From IMG/VR virus record IMGVR_UViG_3300031519_006853, positions 1 to 64,000 of that record: DNA of 64,000 bases; one strand, given 5' to 3'. The stretch comes from a virus. This document shows, piece after piece, positions 57,559 through 64,000 of the stretch (the stretch's first letter is position 1; each line of letters begins with the position of its first letter). A program made the position numbers and the translations under genes. The notes under the pieces are model-generated. The model saw only the letters and a list, made by a program, of their open reading frames with translations, was not told the origin of the DNA and ran no database searches.

Positions 57559-58434
57559 ATGATTTTAAAATATGGTTCAAAAGGTAAAGAAGTTAAAGAA
57601 CTACAAGAATTCCTATCTATATCTCCAGATGGACATTTTGGTAAAGGAACTGAAGGGGCAGTTAAAACATGGCAAGCCAATAACAAACTTATTACTGATG
57701 GTATTGTTGGCCCTGCCACTTGGAATGCTATGGGTTTGGCTACTACTGATGTTGAAGAAGCAACCTACCAAACCGAAAATGGATTAACAATTCATCGTCA
57801 TATGTTACCTAAAGATGAGTTTATGACAGGGAGTAAACCTGAATATGTTTTTTTACACCATACAGCTGGCTGGCATAATCCATTTAGAACTGTAGATCAT
57901 TGGGGTAGAGATGATAGAGGTAAAGTTGCTACTGAATTTGTATTAGGTGGTCAATCTATAAAAGGTGATGATGATCAATATGATGGTGTTTTAGTTCAAT
58001 GTACACCACAAGGTGGCTGGGGTTGGCATTTAGGTACAGGGAGAAGTCATATGCATCAAAATTCTGTAGGAATAGAAGTAAATAATTTTGGCTGGATTAA
58101 AAATGGTAAAACATATGCTGGGACAACGGCTGATAGATCTCAATTAGTAACCTTATCCCAACCTTTTAGAGGTTACAGTACATGGCATAGGTATTCTGAT
58201 AAACAAATAGAAGTATTAAGAGATTGGATTTTGTATATCGGTGAAAGAGATAATATTGATATTACTGATGGGTTACCTAAATTAATTAAATCAATAGGTG
58301 CAGATGCTTTTGAATATATTCCTGAAGTAGTAAGAGGAAATTGCAAAGGTTTATGGACTCATACTAATGTTAAGAAAACAAAAGTAGACATGTTTCCTCA
58401 ACCAGAGTTAATGGATATGCTAGTATCATTATAA
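57559..58434 (+). CDS. Endolysin: peptidoglycan-binding domain plus N-acetylmuramoyl-L-alanine amidase
   Basis: LKYGSKG.EVKELQ...DGIVGPATW; FLHHTAG, SVGIEV, THTNV. Confidence 0.9.
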   Translation: MILKYGSKGKEVKELQEFLSISPDGHFGKGTEGAVKTWQANNKLITDGIVGPATWNAMGLATTDVEEATYQTENGLTIHRHMLPKDEFMTGSKPEYVFLHHTAGWHNPFRTVDHWGRDDRGKVATEFVLGGQSIKGDDDQYDGVLVQCTPQGGWGWHLGTGRSHMHQNSVGIEVNNFGWIKNGKTYAGTTADRSQLVTLSQPFRGYSTWHRYSDKQIEVLRDWILYIGERDNIDITDGLPKLIKSIGADAFEYIPEVVRGNCKGLWTHTNVKKTKVDMFPQPELMDMLVSL

Positions 58435-58437
58435 CAT

Positions 58438-58587
58438 ATGAAACATTTAAAAGAAAATAATATAAGTTATTGGAAGCATTGGTTTTTTGCTATGAAATTA
58501 TCTCTTTCATTGTTTATTCATGCATGGTTTCCTAATATATTAAAAACATACGCATCTGATAAAATTTGCAAAAAACAGTCATCTTGA
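58438..58587 (+). CDS. Small hypothetical membrane-associated protein (49 aa)
   Basis: Manual translation MKHLKENNISYWKHWFFA...IHAWFP. Confidence 0.55.
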   Translation: MKHLKENNISYWKHWFFAMKLSLSLFIHAWFPNILKTYASDKICKKQSS

Positions 58588-58713
58588 CATAGTCAACATG
58601 AAAAACCAGACAATGTGTCAAAATAATCACGTTTTTTCACTATTGCACGGTTTTTTCAGTATAGTATATAAATAAGGAACTGAATCTTTATTTTAAATAA
58701 AAACTATATAACT

Positions 58714-59112
58714 ATGTACACATTTTTAAATGGCTTTAAGCCAGTAACACAAGCAAGAAGAATCAACGACAATATTGATACATTACTAAAAGATCCTTTT
58801 TGGGATGAATTTGAAAACTTTTTTGCAAAACCATCAAAAGGTTGGCATTGTATTAAAGAAGATAAAAACTGGATTTTAGAAATCGCTATTCCAGGTTTAA
58901 CAAAAGAAGACTTAAAAGTAAAAATGATTAAAGGAGAATTAAGCATTGCTTCTACTAATGAAGATAATGTTTGGTTAGGATCCTTTGATAAAAGATTTAC
59001 TTTACCTCAAGATGTTAATTCTAAAAAGATCAAAGCTAAAGTAGAGAATGGTGTGTTATCATTAACATTACCAATTAAAGAAGATAGCGAAAATTTTATA
59101 GACATAAAGTAA
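58714..59112 (+). CDS. Small heat shock protein (Hsp20/alpha-crystallin)
   Basis: IAIPGLTKEDL, FDKRFTLP, AKVENGVLSLTLP. Confidence 0.93.
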   Translation: MYTFLNGFKPVTQARRINDNIDTLLKDPFWDEFENFFAKPSKGWHCIKEDKNWILEIAIPGLTKEDLKVKMIKGELSIASTNEDNVWLGSFDKRFTLPQDVNSKKIKAKVENGVLSLTLPIKEDSENFIDIK

Positions 59113-59168
59113 AACAAACTATTAAGTTATGTATATAAATATTAAATATATTTAAAATTAACGTTAAC

Positions 59169-59441
59169 ATGAACAAAGAAGAAAACACTCAAGAAAACCC
59201 AGAACAAGTAAACCCAACGGGAGAGCTTAATGGTCAGCAGGCATTAAATGTTTTAATCCAAGCTGTTAGAATTGCACAAGGTAAAGGTGCTTACACAATC
59301 GAAGATGCTGAATTGATCTCAAGAGCAATTAAAGTATTCGTTCCACCAACTGCTCCAGGAGCTGAAGGTACTGATACGGATCCAATTGTAAATGAAGAAG
59401 AAGTTCCAGCAGAGCCAGTATTGACTAAGGTTGAGAAGTAA
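59169..59441 (+). CDS. Acidic hypothetical protein
   Basis: 90 aa; own promoter motif and terminator. Confidence 0.65.
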   Translation: MNKEENTQENPEQVNPTGELNGQQALNVLIQAVRIAQGKGAYTIEDAELISRAIKVFVPPTAPGAEGTDTDPIVNEEEVPAEPVLTKVEK

Positions 59442-59460
59442 AACTTACTTATAACTCTGA

Positions 59461-59489
59461 AAGAGGGATCCAGTAATGGGTCCCTTTTT
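59461..59489 (+). terminator. Rho-independent terminator
   Basis: aagagggatcc / gggtccctttt. Confidence 0.8.
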
Positions 59490-59520
59490 AGTTAATATAT
59501 AATACAAATATATTATTATA

Positions 59521-60171
59521 ATGATAAGCTTAGAGGAAATAAAAGAATTTTGTAAAGGCAAGAGTATTATCATAGTAGGCAATTCATCTAGGCTATTAAA
59601 TGAAAGACACGGTAAGTTAATTGATAGTTATGATATTGTAGTTAGAATCAATAAAGGATATCTTCATAGGCAAAATATTTATTCTGATAAAATTGGAAAT
59701 AAAACAACTATATTATCTTTAGGAATAAAATCTGCAACAATGTCAGCAAATGTTATTCAATCTAATACTGTAAAATATTTAATGAGTCCTATTATTTATA
59801 GTGACAGATTAGATTATGCTAATGTATATGATGTACAAGAAAATACATATAATGAGTTAAAGAATTCTTTAGGCGGATTTAAACCTTCATCTGGGATTAG
59901 TACTTATAATTTTTTTAATCGGCATACTAATTTTAATAAATTAGATTTAATTGGATTTGATTTTTTTGAAAGTTCAAGTAGGCAAAGAAATCAATTAGGT
60001 CATTGTTATGTTAAAGATCATCATGGAATTAAAGAAAAAAAATTCTTTGAGAATTCTAAAGATCCTAATAAAACAAGACTAATTAAAATAGAAGATGGTA
60101 GTGTTAATGTTAATGTACCAAGATTTATGGTTTCTGACAATTATCAAATAAAAAAATTAAATAAGAAATGA
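59521..60171 (+). CDS. GT29 sialyltransferase-like glycosyltransferase
   Basis: IVGNS.......G.LIDSYDIVVRIN (sialylmotif L-like), PSSG...LIGFDFF (S-like), distal H (VS-like). Confidence 0.75.
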   Translation: MISLEEIKEFCKGKSIIIVGNSSRLLNERHGKLIDSYDIVVRINKGYLHRQNIYSDKIGNKTTILSLGIKSATMSANVIQSNTVKYLMSPIIYSDRLDYANVYDVQENTYNELKNSLGGFKPSSGISTYNFFNRHTNFNKLDLIGFDFFESSSRQRNQLGHCYVKDHHGIKEKKFFENSKDPNKTRLIKIEDGSVNVNVPRFMVSDNYQIKKLNKK

Positions 60172-61694
60172 GTCGCAGGAACATAAAAAGAATAAAGCAA
60201 GATCCTAAGTCCTATGGAGATGAACCAAAGCAATTTCCTAAAGTTTCTATTAGGCCTAACTCTACAAATAAGATTCATAATGTTAAACAGAATATTCAAA
60301 AAAGAACTTTTGTTAATAGGAAACCTTTAACAGAACAAGTTAAAACTCCAATTAATTTTATAGATACAGCATTAGAGCAAGCAAACAGGGATATATGTTT
60401 TGTGATAGGTGGCGGTCCATCATTAAATGGATTTGACTTTTCTTCATTAAATGGCTTTGATACTATTGCAGTTAACAAAGTAGTAGAATATATGAATAAT
60501 CCTACTTACTTCATTACAACAGATTATTCTTATTTTATTAAAGCTTCATTGCCAATAGGAAAAATAAATCAAAAAGTAAGAAAAAGTTACTTTATTGCTA
60601 ATATGTCTCATTCTTATATGAAAATACAAAAAGAACAGGTTGTTGACACTCGTAGAAACTTTGTTTATGAAGATCTTTATCATTATGATGGGGTAATTCA
60701 ATCATATAACAAAACTGGATTTGGTTCTGATATAAGTGAATTTAGTCATGGAGAAAACAGTGGACACTGTGGAATTCAGTTAGCTTTACTGATGGGTTAT
60801 AAAAAAATATACTTACTAGGTTTTGATTTAAACTCTGGTGGGCAAACTCATTTTCATCAATCATATAGAGAAATTGACCAAGCTTCATTTAAGAAAAGAG
60901 TTAATACGTATGCTGGAACTTTATTGCAATCATTAGCTAAACATAATGGAGGCCAGGAGATAATTAATCTATCTTCATCAAGCATATTGACACAATCACC
61001 AAATATAATTAAAACTGAAACCTTTAAAGATGTTTTAGTGGAGCATGGTGTAAAGCACAGAGAAGTAACCAAAGGAGATAATCGTACACTTGATAATTTA
61101 ATGGTTGTCGGTTACTATACAGTTAATACACCATACGAAGAAGAGGCTAAAAATTTAATAAGATCTTTAAATAAATTAAGTGTTAATCATGATATTAGTG
61201 GAGTTAAGACTTTAGGCAATTGGCAAGCAAATACTAGATTTAAAGCAGGGTTTATGTTAGACATGTTAAATAAGTGGCCTAATCATAGATTACTATATGT
61301 TGATGTTGATGCTGTTGTTCATAGAATGCCAGAGTTATTTAAAAATTATAGTTGTGATATAGCTGTAAGATGGCAAGACTTTAGATGGAGAAAGAATGAA
61401 TGTTTAAGTGGAACTATTTATATGGAAAATAATGAAAGAACTCGGCGTATCTGTGAATTATGGAGGGATATAAATGTTAAAGAAGGTAATAAATCAAATA
61501 GAATGGAGCAGTGGAATTTAGATACTGTTATTAATAAAATGAAAGCAGAAGATCCTAACTTTACTTATAAGAATCTTCCACCAGAATATACAATGATATT
61601 TGATAGTATGAGAGGGATGTATCCTAATATTACGCCAGTCATAGAACATTTTCAAGCAAGTAGAAGATTCAAAAAAGACGTAAATGAAAGCTAG
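60168..61694 (+). CDS. Two-domain glycosyltransferase: DUF115/Maf (GT42-fold) plus GT-A DxD domain
   Basis: IGGGPSL...HGENSG...LLGFD...THFH; C-terminal LLYVDVDAVV. Confidence 0.8.
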   Translation: MSRRNIKRIKQDPKSYGDEPKQFPKVSIRPNSTNKIHNVKQNIQKRTFVNRKPLTEQVKTPINFIDTALEQANRDICFVIGGGPSLNGFDFSSLNGFDTIAVNKVVEYMNNPTYFITTDYSYFIKASLPIGKINQKVRKSYFIANMSHSYMKIQKEQVVDTRRNFVYEDLYHYDGVIQSYNKTGFGSDISEFSHGENSGHCGIQLALLMGYKKIYLLGFDLNSGGQTHFHQSYREIDQASFKKRVNTYAGTLLQSLAKHNGGQEIINLSSSSILTQSPNIIKTETFKDVLVEHGVKHREVTKGDNRTLDNLMVVGYYTVNTPYEEEAKNLIRSLNKLSVNHDISGVKTLGNWQANTRFKAGFMLDMLNKWPNHRLLYVDVDAVVHRMPELFKNYSCDIAVRWQDFRWRKNECLSGTIYMENNERTRRICELWRDINVKEGNKSNRMEQWNLDTVINKMKAEDPNFTYKNLPPEYTMIFDSMRGMYPNITPVIEHFQASRRFKKDVNES

Positions 61695-62583
61695 AAATAT
61701 AAATATACCAATGAAAGTACAATTCCCATCCCCTAACCCTGATTGGGCACGTAAATCAGATCCTAATGAAACTGGGCAATGGCATAAATACTACTCGACA
61801 CATCCTCAGTATGTACTGAACTTATTAACAAAAGGAGGTGCCAAAGTAGAAATGGTACCGGCTATATCTTTTAAATCTAGAAGTACAGTAAGTTTTGATT
61901 GTTTAATAGATGGTCATTTATGTAAATTTGATTTTAATGATCATGAAATTATTGATAGGGATGAATCATCTAAGTATAAGGCTTATTTTAAATTTCATTA
62001 TCATGAAAGTCATAGTATAGGGCCAAGAGAAAAAAATATATTTCCTTTTTCTCCAGTTAATTTTCATGATTGGGATCTTTATAATAAATTACAACCTATG
62101 ATTAATTATACTGCTAAAGGTAAAGTATTAAATAACCAAGCACCAGCAGGCGCGGCAGTTGCTCGAAGAAATCATGTTCATCAACTATTAAGAAATGCAT
62201 ACGGCGATCAATTAGATGCAGGTAGATATCCAAAAGAAGAATTTTATAAATTAATTAATAATGCAAGTGTTATTGTTTGCGTACCTGGTGCAAGAAATAA
62301 TATGTTAGATAGAGGCCATGGGCAACAACTAGGATTTGGGGCGTGCACAATATCGCCTAAATTAAATACAAGACTATCATACCATGGGAGGTTAATACCC
62401 GGTGTTCATTATATAGAATGTAAACCTGATTATAGTGACTTAATAGAAAAGGTAAATTGGGTTAGGTCTAATAGAGATACAGCAATTAAAATAGGAAAAG
62501 CTGCCAAAAAATTATTTTTAGAAACTTCAACACCACAAAAACAAGTTGAATGGATAAAGCAATGTGTAAATAGAAATGAATAA
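61684..62583 (+). CDS. GT-B glycosyltransferase (GT90/Glyco_trans_1_2-like)
   Basis: IPGVHYIECKPDYSDLIEKVNWV...IGKAA C-terminal signature. Confidence 0.7.
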   Translation: MKARNINIPMKVQFPSPNPDWARKSDPNETGQWHKYYSTHPQYVLNLLTKGGAKVEMVPAISFKSRSTVSFDCLIDGHLCKFDFNDHEIIDRDESSKYKAYFKFHYHESHSIGPREKNIFPFSPVNFHDWDLYNKLQPMINYTAKGKVLNNQAPAGAAVARRNHVHQLLRNAYGDQLDAGRYPKEEFYKLINNASVIVCVPGARNNMLDRGHGQQLGFGACTISPKLNTRLSYHGRLIPGVHYIECKPDYSDLIEKVNWVRSNRDTAIKIGKAAKKLFLETSTPQKQVEWIKQCVNRNE

Positions 62584-63355
62584 AACAGGAGTAATAGTAA
62601 TTAATTTAAATACATACGGATATACTCGTAGATGTATTGAAGATCTGTTAAAACAAAACGTTCCATTTGATTTAACATTAGTAGACCAGGCATCGCAAGA
62701 AGCAGGGATACGAGAGTTTTTTGAATCTGTCAGATCTTTGTGGGGTAATAGAGGCAAACTTACTATTAAATATAATACTATAAATGAACCTCTTAATGAA
62801 GTTTGGAATACTTTTGCAAAGGAATCTGATAATGAATATTTATGTTATTTAAATAGTGATGTAAGAATTCCTTCTAATTTTATTAAAGATAGTGAATCTG
62901 TTTTTGCATTAGAACCAACAGTAGGAATTACCGTACACTCGACTAATCATCCTCATTGGTTAACTAATGCATCCCATCAATTAAATTATAAAATACCAAC
63001 TAATCAAAAAATTAAACAAGGGTGGGATTTTACAATAAGAAAAACTGATTGGGAAATAATACCTGAGATTCTTCAAATATTTTGTGGTGATGATTTTATT
63101 TTTTATAAATGTTTTGTAAAAGATAGAAAAGTTTCTTATATTTTAAGCTCTCCTATTTTACATTTCCAGGGGATGTCACAAAAACCAGGTTACAAATTAA
63201 AATTACCACCTAGAAAAGATAATTTTGAAAGTGATGTTAAAGCATGGGCTAGTTTAGGTTGGCCTGTAGGATCAACTCGCAAAATCAATGATGAATACAC
63301 TAGAATTAAACCAACTTTAGATTTAGTACAAAGATATGCAAAAGGAATACTTTAA
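62576..63355 (+). CDS. GT2-family glycosyltransferase
   Basis: VIVINLN, VDQAS, LNSDV, FCGDD. Confidence 0.8.
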   Translation: MNKTGVIVINLNTYGYTRRCIEDLLKQNVPFDLTLVDQASQEAGIREFFESVRSLWGNRGKLTIKYNTINEPLNEVWNTFAKESDNEYLCYLNSDVRIPSNFIKDSESVFALEPTVGITVHSTNHPHWLTNASHQLNYKIPTNQKIKQGWDFTIRKTDWEIIPEILQIFCGDDFIFYKCFVKDRKVSYILSSPILHFQGMSQKPGYKLKLPPRKDNFESDVKAWASLGWPVGSTRKINDEYTRIKPTLDLVQRYAKGIL

Positions 63356-64000
63356 TATTTTTATAATTGCAACAATCGGCAGGCCTTCACTCAAAGAAGC
63401 TATAAATAGTTGTCTTAATCAAAGGAGAGAAACTTTAGTAGTTGTAGTATTTGATGATGAAGAAATTATAAGGATAGTAGATAATCCTAATGTGATATAT
63501 TTAAAAACAAAAAAACATGTTTGGGGTGAAGGTGCTAGACAGTATGGTGTCGATTGGTGTAAAGATAACAAAATAAAATCTACTTACATTTCTTATTTAG
63601 ATGATGACGACATTATCCTTCCTTCTTACACAGATAGTTTAGAACAATTTTTATCCTATGATATTGTTGTTCATAGTATGAAGATTTTTGAAAACGGAAG
63701 AATTGTACCAGAACAAGGTTATTATAATTATCCTAATTTACCAGAAAGTAAAAAAATACAAATTTCAACAAGACCTTTAGTTAAAAATTATGTAGGGTTA
63801 AGTTTTAGTTTAAAATGGAATAAAGCTAAAAATATAAATTGGTATTCTAACGGAGCTGAAAAAGATTTTAATTATATAGATGCTGCATGCAAAAGTGGAC
63901 TTACTCATATTAAAACTGGCAAAGTATCTTATCATCAATTAACAAGAGGATTAACAGGCTCTCATACTAATCGCAAATTTGGTGTTCATGATACTTTTAA
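63336..64000 (+). CDS. GT2-family glycosyltransferase (partial, runs off the window)
   Basis: Manual translation MQKEYFNIFIIATIGRPSL..AINSCLNQ...YLDDDD; open to base 64000. Confidence 0.8.
   Translation, partial: MQKEYFNIFIIATIGRPSLKEAINSCLNQRRETLVVVVFDDEEIIRIVDNPNVIYLKTKKHVWGEGARQYGVDWCKDNKIKSTYISYLDDDDIILPSYTDSLEQFLSYDIVVHSMKIFENGRIVPEQGYYNYPNLPESKKIQISTRPLVKNYVGLSFSLKWNKAKNINWYSNGAEKDFNYIDAACKSGLTHIKTGKVSYHQLTRGLTGSHTNRKFGVHDTF

Noticed and set aside
1-64000. Alternative genetic code (TAG/TGA reassignment, as in some large Bacteroidota phages)
   Set aside because: Core genes are full length in the standard code and end at TAA, TAG or TGA; no systematic fragmentation

Overview
This window is a gene-dense, very AT-rich segment of a large lytic T4-like (T4-superfamily/jumbo) myophage, read in the standard code and almost entirely on the + strand. 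A Bacteroidota host is inferred from SD-less A-rich leaders and an encoded Bacteroidetes-style outer-membrane beta-barrel. It carries replication/recombination genes (sliding clamp, C-terminal half of a split PolB, UvsX, gp41 helicase, gp46/47, clamp loader, RNase H, two-subunit topoisomerase II). It also carries head, neck and tail genes (gp15, gp4, gp2, portal, protease-scaffold, MCP, gp14, gp16/17, sheath, tube, hub, tape measure), two sigma factors, a tmRNA immediately followed by tRNA-Ala, and auxiliary genes (GroES, Hsp20, PhoH, thioredoxin, endolysin). Most notable: (i) a probable cytosine hypermodification system combining a dCMP-type TS-fold enzyme plus kinases with an operon of a BGT-like glycosyltransferase, an NDP-sugar epimerase and a C5-MTase-fold protein with an atypical SAM motif; (ii) a late-expressed glycosyltransferase island with three sialyltransferase-fold domains, suggesting virion glycosylation; (iii) a probably capsid-packaged ATP-grasp ligase; (iv) a 21-aa, 8-Cys metallothionein-like peptide missed by the ORF track; (v) a metallophosphoesterase that has lost most metal ligands; (vi) three recurring promoter classes suggesting a sigma cascade; (vii) candidate nested starts and a +1 frameshift. 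All family calls come from motif recognition by eye, not database searches.
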